Part shown: piece by piece, positions 1 to 7,352 of the stretch
Position numbering within the stretch: position 1 is the first letter of the stretch
Layout: each line of letters begins with the position of its first letter
DNA from: a virus
Taxonomy: Duplodnaviria > Heunggongvirae > Uroviricota > Caudoviricetes
Direction: 5' to 3' (one strand)
DNA length: 10,992 nucleotides
IMG/VR virus record: IMGVR_UViG_2684622669_000002
Coordinates: 1 to 10,992 of that record
Made by a program: the position numbers and the translations under genes
The notes under the pieces: model-generated
Databases searched by the model: none
Seen by the model: the letters and a program-made list of their open reading frames with translations, nothing else
What the model was told of the DNA's origin: nothing

Positions 1-12
1 CCGCAGATGGTT
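1..12. promoter_or_regulatory. Partial OL3-like cI operator, truncated by the window edge
   Basis: Window starts 'ccgcagatggtt', which matches the right-hand part of the lambda-type 17-bp operator TATCACCGCAGATGGTT as I recall it. Position left of the cI operon is as expected for OL. Confidence 0.45.
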
Positions 13-155
13 ATCTGTATGTTTTTTATATGAATTTATTTTTTGCAGGGGTGCATTGTTTGGTAGGTGAGAGATCTGAATTGCTATGTTTAGTGAGTTG
101 TATCTATTAATTTTCAAATAAATACAATTGGTTATGTGTTTTTTTGGGGGGGTTA

Positions 156-186
156 GGCAAAGAAAACCCGGCACTGAGGCCGGGTT
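156..186 (-). terminator. Rho-independent terminator ending the cI-cassette operon (tImm-like)
   Basis: On the minus strand, an 8-bp perfect stem (AACCCGGC / GCCGGGTT, + coords 165-172 and 179-186) with a 6-nt loop is followed by TTTTCTTTG. It begins 6 nt after the stop of the 192..563 ORF. Confidence 0.7.
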
Positions 187-191
187 GTGTG

Positions 192-563
192 TTACTTAAG
201 AACGAGTCCGTTTAAGGCATCAAGGATTTTGGAAACATAACTTCCAAAAATGTAGGCGCAAAATGCGAACACGAAACTGACAACGACCGCAGATGCCTTA
301 ATGGTGGTTTTTGCTGAGCTAATGCTTGTCTCAATACCTGACAGACGAGAATCAACAGATTTTATATCTGACTTTACCTCAGCGAGATCGCGCTTGATGT
401 ATTCAACATCAGACTCTAGCTTTGCAACTCTAGCCTCAAGCATGTTACCTCCGCCGTTTCCTCCACCATGCCGTGAGTATGCATCATCAGTGGAATAGTG
501 TCCAATTGGGCGAGATATGTTTTGATTTGGACGAAGCTGAGCAACCTTGTTATCTAAACTCAT
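192..563 (-). CDS. Hypothetical 123-aa tail-anchored coiled-coil membrane protein; distal gene of the rexAB-slot cassette, candidate membrane effector
   Basis: ORF with ATG at 563-561 and an AGGA about 10 nt upstream. Translation shows a polar N-terminus, a Gly-rich linker (GGGNGGGN), a heptad-like segment (LEARVAKLESDVEYIKRDLAEVKSDIKSVDSRL) and one C-terminal hydrophobic helix (AVVVSFVFAFCAYIFGSYV). No family recognised. Confidence 0.6.
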   Translation of the reverse strand: MSLDNKVAQLRPNQNISRPIGHYSTDDAYSRHGGGNGGGNMLEARVAKLESDVEYIKRDLAEVKSDIKSVDSRLSGIETSISSAKTTIKASAVVVSFVFAFCAYIFGSYVSKILDALNGLVLK

Positions 564-987
564 CGCGAACTGATCCTGTTATCTTCACGTCAAAAAACGA
601 ACTTTTTACATCAATTACTTCGCCTTTCTCAGGATTAACCAGTGATGCTCTAACTTCGAATATCCCAGGCTTGATAATTTTCACCCTTGGGAAGTTAATT
701 CTCATAGAAGTTGATACGATGGTTTCTCCATCGTTGGCTTCTGCTACCGTAAAAAACTTATGGTTGGAGTACAGTTTTGTGTCAATTGGTATCGGTATTT
801 CTTGAGCATTGAAAACCTCAATGCCTATGGAATATTTTTTTGTAGCCTTAAGGCAGATAAAAAAAGCGCCAAATGACAGATCCACTTCATGGGAGTCTTT
901 ATCCATTTCATAGATAAGAACTGGAGTTACGTGGTTGCCTTCATCCATCGCAATTGGAATGATATAAGAAATACGTTCTTTAATCAT
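550..987 (-). CDS. Hypothetical 145-aa protein; proximal gene of the rexAB-slot cassette
   Basis: ORF begins 7 nt after the cI stop codon and overlaps the next ORF by 14 nt. No hydrophobic helix and no catalytic motif I recognise. Alternating hydrophobic pattern suggests a beta-rich fold. Confidence 0.6.
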   Translation of the reverse strand: MIKERISYIIPIAMDEGNHVTPVLIYEMDKDSHEVDLSFGAFFICLKATKKYSIGIEVFNAQEIPIPIDTKLYSNHKFFTVAEANDGETIVSTSMRINFPRVKIIKPGIFEVRASLVNPEKGEVIDVKSSFFDVKITGSVRDEFR

Positions 988-994
988 TTACGTG

Positions 995-1711
<717 letters not shown>

Positions 1712-1718
1712 TTAAATC

Positions 1719-1784
1719 TATCACCGCAAGGGATAAACTTCTAACACCGTGCGTGTTGACTATTTTACCTCTAGCGGTGATAAT
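1719..1784. promoter_or_regulatory. OR3-OR2-OR1 operator cluster with divergent PRM/PR promoters
   Basis: OR3 tatcaccgcaagggata (1719-1735), OR2 taacaccgtgcgtgttg (1742-1758), OR1 tacctctagcggtgata (1766-1782). PR -35 ttgact (1756-1761) and -10 gataat (1779-1784) with 17-nt spacing. cro RBS aggagg at 1799-1804. Confidence 0.85.
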
Positions 1785-1808
1785 GATTGCCTGTACTAAG
1801 GAGGTTGT

Positions 1809-2009
1809 ATGGAACAACGCATAACCCTGAAAGATTATGCAATACGCTTTGGCCAAACCAAGACGGCTAAAGATCTCGGCGTATATCAAAGCGCGATTAA
1901 CAAGGCCATTCATGCAGGCCGAAAGATTTTTTTAACTATAAACGCTGATGGAAGCGTTTATGCGGAAGAAATAAAGCCCTTCCCAAGTAACAAAAAAACA
2001 ACTGCATAA
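1809..2009 (+). CDS. cro: Cro repressor
   Basis: 66-aa translation [64 protein letters not shown] matches lambda Cro apart from a couple of conservative substitutions. Strong RBS; sits immediately right of OR1/PR. Confidence 0.95.
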   Translation: MEQRITLKDYAIRFGQTKTAKDLGVYQSAINKAIHAGRKIFLTINADGSVYAEEIKPFPSNKKTTA

Positions 2010-2016
2010 GTAACAC

Positions 2017-2062
2017 CGCTCTTTTCACAATGGACATTCGTCCTACGTCGCTGACAAAGCGA
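2017..2062 (+). promoter_or_regulatory. nutR-like N-utilisation site: boxA plus boxB hairpin
   Basis: boxA-like cgctctttt at 2017-2025, just after the cro stop. Perfect 5-bp stem with pentaloop at 2048-2062 (TCGCT-GACAA-AGCGA). The loop differs from lambda boxB (GAAAA) and resembles the P22-type loop as I recall it. Confidence 0.5.
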
Positions 2063-2146
2063 GCCCCAAGATATCTGACCAACTAAGGCCATATGCGTTT
2101 CAACGCATACCTTTCAACTAACTATTCACTATTGGAAAATTAACAA

Positions 2147-2446
2147 ATGACACAAGCAAGTTACAGCAAGCCAACACAGCGAGAAATTGATCGCGCAGAA
2201 ACAGATTTACTCATCAACCTGTCAACGCTTACCCAGCGCGGTCTGGCAAAGATGATTGGCTGTCATGAATCGAAGATAAGCAGAACGGACTGGAGATTTA
2301 TTGCTTCGGTCTTGTGTGCTTTTGGAATGGCATCAGACATCAGTCCGATTAGCAGGGCTTTTAAGTATGCGCTTGATGGACTCACCAATAAAAAACGCCC
2401 GGTGTGCAAGACCGAGCGTTCTGAACAAATACAAATGGAATTTTAA
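2147..2446 (+). CDS. cII: CII-like transcriptional activator
   Basis: 99-aa protein with a central HTH-like segment (QRGLAKMIGCHESKISR). C-terminus (LTNKKRP…TERSEQIQMEF) is almost identical to the lambda CII C-terminal region; N-terminal half differs. Position after cro/nutR fits. Confidence 0.8.
   Translation: MTQASYSKPTQREIDRAETDLLINLSTLTQRGLAKMIGCHESKISRTDWRFIASVLCAFGMASDISPISRAFKYALDGLTNKKRPVCKTERSEQIQMEF
2388..2418 (-). terminator. oop-like antisense terminator inside the 3' end of the cII-like gene
   Basis: On the minus strand, a 7-bp stem with one G-U pair (CGCUCGG…CCGGGCG), 9-nt loop, then UUUUUU. Same location and orientation as the lambda oop RNA terminator within cII. Confidence 0.45.
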
Positions 2447-2468
2447 TAACATCCAACGAGGTAATTAT

Positions 2469-2741
2469 ATGCGAAACAAAGGCTTTAATCCACCTGATAC
2501 ACACAAAGAAGCTAAGCGTTTGCGCTTCCTTCGTTCCATTGATGAAAGAACTCAAATCTCTTTTGTGAAAGTTGCCAGAACTGAGCTTCTGAAGGCTGAG
2601 GCGAGGGAGTTGCTCCCATCTCTACCAAAAGAGGAGGAATATACGTTCATTCCAAACGCATTTCTGGAAAAGCTGCTCAAAGAAGACATATCCGTAAGTC
2701 AGTTTAACGATGTTCTTAAGGTCTTTCGTCAAGGCAGGTAG
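2469..2741 (+). CDS. Hypothetical 90-aa protein between cII and the initiator gene
   Basis: ATG at 2469 is preceded by GAGG at 2458-2461 with 7-nt spacing. The track ORF 2301..2741 is the same frame extended upstream into cII and is unlikely to be the true start. Charged, probably helical protein; no family recognised. Confidence 0.5.
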   Translation: MRNKGFNPPDTHKEAKRLRFLRSIDERTQISFVKVARTELLKAEARELLPSLPKEEEYTFIPNAFLEKLLKEDISVSQFNDVLKVFRQGR

Positions 2742-2743
2742 TT

Positions 2744-3691
2744 ATGAGCAATACAGCAAAAATCTACGATTTCAGCGCCGCACACGAGCGCAGGAGCAAC
2801 AGGATGGAGAACCAGAAAACTGGTTACATTCCGTTGTACCGGAGCATTCTGAAACAGTCATGGGCGAAAGATGTTTATCTTCGCACCCTGTGGGAAAACC
2901 TTCTCCTGAATGCCGCCAGAAAGCCATACAAAGCGAATTTCAAAGGTCATGAATGGCATCTGCAACCCGGTCAACTGGTTGTGACAGCAGCTGATTTAGG
3001 TCTTCAGTTATGCGACAGGCATGGCAAGCCAGCAAGCCGCGATCAGGTTGAGCGGATGCTTCAGGTTTTTGTGAAAGAGGGGATGATCTCCATTGATGGA
3101 GAGAAGAAAAAAGGTCGTGTGATCACCATCACAAATTACCATGAATACGCTCAAAAAATGGACAATTTACCCGCACATGAAGCCGCACAAACAACCGCAC
3201 ATGATGCCGCACATGACGAAGCCAGTAACGGCGCGGCTTTCGGGGTACATGCCGCACATGAAAGCGCACATGAAGCCGCACAAACAACCGCACATCATGA
3301 ACAAGAAGGTATTAACAAGAATATAAATAATACCCCCCTACCCCCCAATGGGGGAGGCGATGGGCAGGTTAAACCTGAACGTCGCAAGGCAGAACGAATC
3401 GACTACGAATCCTTCCTGAACGCCTACAACACCGAAGTCGGTGACAGACTGCCACACGCTGTTGCGGTCAACGAGAAACGCAAACGCCGCCTGAAGAAAA
3501 TCATCCCGCAACTGAAAACGCCAAACGTGGACGGTTTCAGAGCGTATGTCAGGGCGTTTGTACATCAGGCCAAGCCGTTTTACTTCGGAGACAACGATAC
3601 TGGCTGGACGGCCGATTTTGATTACCTGCTGAGAGAAGATTCGTTAACGGGAGTTCGTGAAGGGAAGTTTGCAGACAGGGGGATTGCATGA
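2744..3691 (+). CDS. Replication initiator, O-like (N-terminal iteron-binding domain, repetitive linker, C-terminal domain)
   Basis: N-terminus [10 protein letters not shown]… resembles lambda O (MTNTAKILNF…). Iteron repeats lie inside the coding sequence, as in lambdoid O genes. Followed by a helicase gene with ATGA start/stop overlap. Confidence 0.85.
   Translation: MSNTAKIYDFSAAHERRSNRMENQKTGYIPLYRSILKQSWAKDVYLRTLWENLLLNAARKPYKANFKGHEWHLQPGQLVVTAADLGLQLCDRHGKPASRDQVERMLQVFVKEGMISIDGEKKKGRVITITNYHEYAQKMDNLPAHEAAQTTAHDAAHDEASNGAAFGVHAAHESAHEAAQTTAHHEQEGINKNINNTPLPPNGGGDGQVKPERRKAERIDYESFLNAYNTEVGDRLPHAVAVNEKRKRRLKKIIPQLKTPNVDGFRAYVRAFVHQAKPFYFGDNDTGWTADFDYLLREDSLTGVREGKFADRGIA
3169..3300. 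repeat. Origin iterons: about 8 copies of a CCGCACA(T/A)GA-type unit in two clusters, followed by an AT-rich segment
   Basis: Direct repeats visible at about 3170, 3182, 3195, 3206, 3250, 3263, 3275 and 3288. Followed by AT-rich 3301-3332 and a CCCCC-AAT-GGGGG hairpin at 3342-3354. Layout matches a lambdoid ori within the O gene. Confidence 0.7.
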
Positions 3692-5064
3692 AACAGGATA
3701 TCGAAGCGAGCGTTATCGGTGGCCTGCTGATTGGTGGATTAACACCAACTGCCAGTGACGTTCTGGCAACGCTGGAGCCGGAAGCGTTTTCAATTCCGCT
3801 CTACCGGAAAGCCTTCGAGGTTATCCGGAAGCAGGCGAGAAACAGAAACCTAATCGACGCGCTGATGGTTGCCGAGGCGTGCGGAGAGGAGCATTTCACG
3901 TCAATCCTGATGACCAGCAAAAACTGCCCGAGTGCCGCAAACCTGAAGGGATATGCCGGAATGGTCGCGGATAACTATCACCGCCGTCTGGTGCTGGAAA
4001 TCATGGATGAAATGCGTGAACCAATTCAGAGCGGAACCATCGACGCATCGAGTCAGGCGATGGACGAGCTTGTAAAGCGTCTTTCAGCCATCAGAAAGCC
4101 CCGTGACGAGGTTAAACCTGTACGGTTAGGGGAAATCATCACTGACTACACTGACACGCTTGACAGGCGTCTGAGGAACGGAGAAGAGTCAGATACCCTG
4201 AAGACCGGAATCGAAGAACTTGACGCCATCACCGGAGGGATGAACGCGGAAGACCTGGTGATTATCGCCGCTCGTCCTGGTATGGGGAAAACCGAACTGG
4301 CGCTGAAGATTGCCGAAGGCGTTGCAAGTCGTGTTATTCCTGGTTCTGACGTCCGGCGCGGGGTATTGATTTTCTCAATGGAAATGAGCGCATTGCAGAT
4401 TGCAGAGCGAAGCATTGCCAACGCCGGGAGGATGTCGGTTAGCGTACTGCGAAATCCTGCATCGATGGATGACGAGGGCTGGGCACGTGTTGCTAACGGC
4501 ATGAGTCAGCTTGCAGATTTGGATGTATGGGTAGTCGATGCTTCTCGGTTATCGGTCGAAGAAATACGCTCAATCGCAGAACGGCATAAGCAGGAAAATC
4601 CAAACCTGTCACTCATCATGGCGGATTATCTTGGCCTGATTGAGAAGCCGAAAGCAGACCGCAACGACCTCGCAATTGCTCACATCTCCGGAAGCCTGAA
4701 GGCGATGGCGAAAGACCTGAAAACGCCAGTTATCTCCCTGAGTCAGCTTTCGCGCGATGTTGAGAAGCGACCAAACAAACGCCCGACAAACGCAGATTTG
4801 CGTGATTCAGGAAGCATTGAGCAGGACGCAGACTCAATCATCATGCTCTATCGGGAAGCGGTATATGACGAGAACGGTAGCGCCGCGCCATTTGCTGAAA
4901 TCATCGTGACGAAAAACCGTTTTGGCTCGCTTGGTACGGTTTACCAGCGGTTCTGTAACGGACACTTTGTTGCATGTGACCAGGATGAAGCAAGACAGAT
5001 TTGCACAGCATCAAATGCACCTGCTGCGCGTGGCAGACGATATGCACAAGGGGCTGACGTATGA
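3688..5064 (+). CDS. DnaB-family replicative helicase (phage-encoded, P22 gp12-like)
   Basis: 458 aa. Walker A ARPGMGKT, DnaB-like motifs ([17 protein letters not shown]), N-terminal DnaB-type domain. Start overlaps the stop of the O-like gene. Confidence 0.9.
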   Translation: MKQDIEASVIGGLLIGGLTPTASDVLATLEPEAFSIPLYRKAFEVIRKQARNRNLIDALMVAEACGEEHFTSILMTSKNCPSAANLKGYAGMVADNYHRRLVLEIMDEMREPIQSGTIDASSQAMDELVKRLSAIRKPRDEVKPVRLGEIITDYTDTLDRRLRNGEESDTLKTGIEELDAITGGMNAEDLVIIAARPGMGKTELALKIAEGVASRVIPGSDVRRGVLIFSMEMSALQIAERSIANAGRMSVSVLRNPASMDDEGWARVANGMSQLADLDVWVVDASRLSVEEIRSIAERHKQENPNLSLIMADYLGLIEKPKADRNDLAIAHISGSLKAMAKDLKTPVISLSQLSRDVEKRPNKRPTNADLRDSGSIEQDADSIIMLYREAVYDENGSAAPFAEIIVTKNRFGSLGTVYQRFCNGHFVACDQDEARQICTASNAPAARGRRYAQGADV

Positions 5065-5136
5065 CCATCTACATAACTGAGCTAATAACAGGCCTGCTGG
5101 TAATCGCAGGCCTTTTTATTTGGGGGAGAGGGAAGT

Positions 5137-5463
5137 GTGGCTGACTGGCAAATTCCAATCATCATTCTTGCCGGAGCTTCGCTGGTTGCTGGCTTTATCC
5201 TGCTGAAAAAGCATAAAGACCGTGATCAAAAAGTCGAAGTTCTATATGGGTATCCAGCGAACTGCACAACATGGCTGACCATTTACCACTACCGAAAATC
5301 AGGCCGCTGGGTATTCGAATGGGATGATCTGTTCGCTGAAAAGCGACCAAAGTCATGGGGAGACATCAGCGAATGCATGATGTTTGAAGAAAGAAAATCC
5401 GGCGCAACTCGAGAAGAGTTTAACGAAGCGTGGAGGCGATTAAGTGAGAGAGGGTATCAATGA
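5137..5463 (+). CDS. Hypothetical 108-aa protein with an N-terminal transmembrane helix (ren-position gene)
   Basis: GTG start at 5137 preceded by GGGGGAGAGGG. N-terminal hydrophobic helix IPIIILAGASLVAGFILL. Stop overlaps the start of the next ORF (ATGA). Confidence 0.45.
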   Translation: MADWQIPIIILAGASLVAGFILLKKHKDRDQKVEVLYGYPANCTTWLTIYHYRKSGRWVFEWDDLFAEKRPKSWGDISECMMFEERKSGATREEFNEAWRRLSERGYQ

Positions 5464-5696
5464 GCAGAATTAAATCTGGTTATCCAGGGAATGGGGAATA
5501 CCCGAAGCCATATTTACCTGTAACAGTGACCACTCAATCTAAGCATCCACATCATTTCAAGCATAGTGGTACAGCTTATTGGAGTGGAAAGCGGTGGATA
5601 GGTATTGATGGGTTCAAAATTGGGTATGCAAAGGTAATTAAATGGGAATTTAACATCGCACACTGGAGTTCATCCCATGAGGAAACTAACGTTTGA
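5460..5696 (+). CDS. Hypothetical 78-aa protein
   Basis: ORF translationally coupled to the preceding ORF (ATGA overlap); its 3' end overlaps the ninB start by 20 nt. No family recognised. Confidence 0.45.
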   Translation: MSRIKSGYPGNGEYPKPYLPVTVTTQSKHPHHFKHSGTAYWSGKRWIGIDGFKIGYAKVIKWEFNIAHWSSSHEETNV

Positions 5697-6117
5697 ACTA
5701 AGAAGCCCCATCCATCAGCAGAACGCCATTCAAGCCATCCAGCAAATCCTTCCAGACCCAACCAAACCAATCGTAGTAACCATTCAGGAGCGCAACCGCA
5801 GCTTAGACCAGAATCGAAAGCTTTGGGCTTGCCTTGGTGACGTCTCGCGTCAGGTTGAATGGCATGGTCGATGGCTGGATGCAGAAAGCTGGAAGTGTGT
5901 GTTTACCGCAGCATTAAAGCAGCAGGACGTTGTTCCTAACCTTGCCGGGAATGGCTTTGTGGTAATAGGCCAGTCAACCAGCAGGATGCGTGTAAGCGAA
6001 TTTGCGGAGCTATTAGAGCTTATACAGGCATTCGGTACAGAGCGTGGCGTTAAGTGGTCAGACGAAGCGAGACTGGCTCTGGAGTGGAAAGCGAGATGGG
6101 GAGATCGGGCTGCATGA
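5677..6117 (+). CDS. ninB: NinB recombination protein (Orf-family, ssDNA-binding)
   Basis: 146-aa translation is near-identical to lambda NinB as I recall it (…LTFE.RSP.HQQNAI…LPDPTKPIVVTIQERNRSLDQNRKLWACLGDVSRQVEWHGRWLDAESWKCVFTAALKQQDVVPNLAGNGFVVIGQSTSRMRV…). Confidence 0.9.
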   Translation: MRKLTFELRSPIHQQNAIQAIQQILPDPTKPIVVTIQERNRSLDQNRKLWACLGDVSRQVEWHGRWLDAESWKCVFTAALKQQDVVPNLAGNGFVVIGQSTSRMRVSEFAELLELIQAFGTERGVKWSDEARLALEWKARWGDRAA

Positions 6118-6641
6118 CTATCAAATCAAATACGCCAGCACACGACAAGGACTGCTGGCAAACGCCGCTCTGGCTTTTTGATGCGCTGGATATTGAGTTT
6201 GGGTTCTGGTTGGATTCGGCAGCGAGCGACAAAAATGCTCTGTGCGCTCACTGGTTAACTGAGGCCGACGACGCGCTAAATTCTGAGTGGGTAAGCCACG
6301 GTGCAATCTGGAATAACCCACCGTACAGCAATATCAGGCCGTGGGTGGAAAAAGCCGCTGAGCAGTGCATACAACAGCGACAGACGGTAGTTATGCTTGT
6401 GCCAGAGGATATGTCAGTCGGATGGTTCAGCAAGGCTCTGGAGAGTGTCGACGAAGTTCGCATTATCACTGATGGACGGATTAATTTTATCGAACCATCG
6501 ACGGGGCTGGAGAAGAAGGGAAACAGCAAAGGCTCCATGCTGCTGATTTGGCGACCGTTCATCAGTCCTCGACGGATGTTTACTACCGTATCCAAAGCGG
6601 CATTGATGGCGATCGGGCAGGGCGTCAGGAGGGCTGCATGA
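6114..6641 (+). CDS. Phage DNA N6-adenine methyltransferase (phage Dam family)
   Basis: Start ATG at 6114 overlaps the ninB stop. NPPY catalytic motif ([10 protein letters not shown]). Size and position are typical of nin-region phage Dam proteins. The track ORF from 6054 is an upstream in-frame extension. Confidence 0.85.
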   Translation: MTIKSNTPAHDKDCWQTPLWLFDALDIEFGFWLDSAASDKNALCAHWLTEADDALNSEWVSHGAIWNNPPYSNIRPWVEKAAEQCIQQRQTVVMLVPEDMSVGWFSKALESVDEVRIITDGRINFIEPSTGLEKKGNSKGSMLLIWRPFISPRRMFTTVSKAALMAIGQGVRRAA

Positions 6642-6814
6642 GACGACAGCGACGAAGCATCACCGACATCATCTGTGAAAACTGCAAATACCTTCCAACG
6701 AAACGCTCCAGAAATAAACGCAAGCCAATCCCAAAAGAATCTGACGTAAAAACCTTCAACTACACGGCTCACCTGTGGGATATCCGGTGGCTAAGACATC
6801 GTGCGAGGAAATGA
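6638..6814 (+). CDS. ninE: NinE
   Basis: 58-aa product [55 protein letters not shown] matches lambda NinE as recalled. Start overlaps the Dam stop (ATGA). Confidence 0.8.
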   Translation: MRRQRRSITDIICENCKYLPTKRSRNKRKPIPKESDVKTFNYTAHLWDIRWLRHRARK

Positions 6815-6816
6815 CA

Positions 6817-7176
6817 ATGGATTATTCACAGTTAAGTGATTTTGAAATTAACGTGGCGGTATTCGAAGCCATTCATAACGGATCACCGGATTACAAAGAA
6901 GGTGAGAATGGCGATATGGTGTTTGTCTCATTTGAGGGAGACATTGTAAACGGAGACGCAGTTGAAGTAGAAGTTGAGCGCGGATCCTTTAACCCATGCG
7001 CAAACCCAGCAGACGCATGGCCGATTATTGAAAAATACAGGATTAGCATTATCAATCTCGATGAAGACGAGTGGGGTGCACGCGGTGTGGCCTACTGTAA
7101 ATCTAAGCGAGCTATACATGAAAATCCCCTCCGCGCCGCCATGATTGTCTTTCTCATGATGCAGAGAATCCAATAA
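6817..7176 (+). CDS. Hypothetical acidic nin-region protein (about 120 aa)
   Basis: ATG at 6817 preceded by GAGG at 6805-6808; ATG 6811 is an alternative start. Acidic N-terminal half. Ends TAATG, overlapping the ninF start. Confidence 0.55.
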   Translation: MDYSQLSDFEINVAVFEAIHNGSPDYKEGENGDMVFVSFEGDIVNGDAVEVEVERGSFNPCANPADAWPIIEKYRISIINLDEDEWGARGVAYCKSKRAIHENPLRAAMIVFLMMQRIQ

Positions 7177-7352
7177 TGCTTAGCCCATCCCAATCCCTTC
7201 AATACCAGAAAGAAAGCGTCGAGCGAGCTTTAACGTGCGCTAACTGCGGTCAGAAGCTGCATGTGCTGGAAGTTCACGTGTGTGAGCACTGCTGCGCAGA
7301 ACTGATGAGCGATCCGAATAGCTCAATGTACGAGGAAGAAGACGATGAATGA
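7176..7352 (+). CDS. ninF: NinF
   Basis: Not in the supplied ORF track (below size cutoff). Hand translation gives MLSPSQSLQYQKESVERALTCANCGQKLHVLEVHVCEHCCAELMSDPNSSMYEEEDDE, which matches lambda NinF as recalled, with Cys-rich motifs. Confidence 0.7.
   Translation: MLSPSQSLQYQKESVERALTCANCGQKLHVLEVHVCEHCCAELMSDPNSSMYEEEDDE

Noticed and set aside
301-805. Plus-strand ORFs 301..498 (65 aa) and 473..805 (110 aa) lying antisense to the two cassette genes
   Set aside because: No RBS, low-complexity or odd composition, and fully overlapped by better-supported minus-strand ORFs that are coupled to cI. Most likely antisense shadow ORFs, though I cannot exclude them without homology search.
2092-2107. 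Inverted repeat ATGCGTT-TC-AACGCAT between nutR and cII, considered as tR1
   Set aside because: It is not followed by a T-tract, and lambda tR1 is Rho-dependent, so a hairpin alone is not adequate evidence for a terminator.
2301-2468. Upstream extension of the 2469..2741 ORF into cII (track ORF 2301..2741)
   Set aside because: The extension overlaps the cII-like coding sequence in another frame, and a good RBS precedes the internal ATG at 2469.
3169-3300. Short direct repeats that might be mistaken for a CRISPR array
   Set aside because: Repeat units are only about 11-13 bp, lie inside a coding sequence, have no unique spacers of regular length, and match the known pattern of lambdoid origin iterons.
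3141-3326. 61-aa ORF in the +1 frame with a repetitive [10 protein letters not shown] sequence
   Set aside because: It is produced entirely by the origin iterons inside the O-like gene; the repeat gives open frames in several phases.
4146-4502. Minus-strand 118-aa ORF inside the helicase gene
   Set aside because: Antisense to a well-supported DnaB-family helicase with conserved motifs; no start signals.
6054-6113. Upstream extensions of the Dam ORF (from 6054) and the acidic nin ORF (from 6775)
   Set aside because: Starts that overlap the preceding stop codon (ATGA-type coupling) or follow an RBS fit the operon architecture better than long overlaps.
6248-6772. Minus-strand 174-aa ORF antisense to the Dam methyltransferase and ninE
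   Set aside because: It overlaps two recognisable plus-strand genes in an operon that is uniformly plus-strand; Cys/Ser-rich low-complexity translation.
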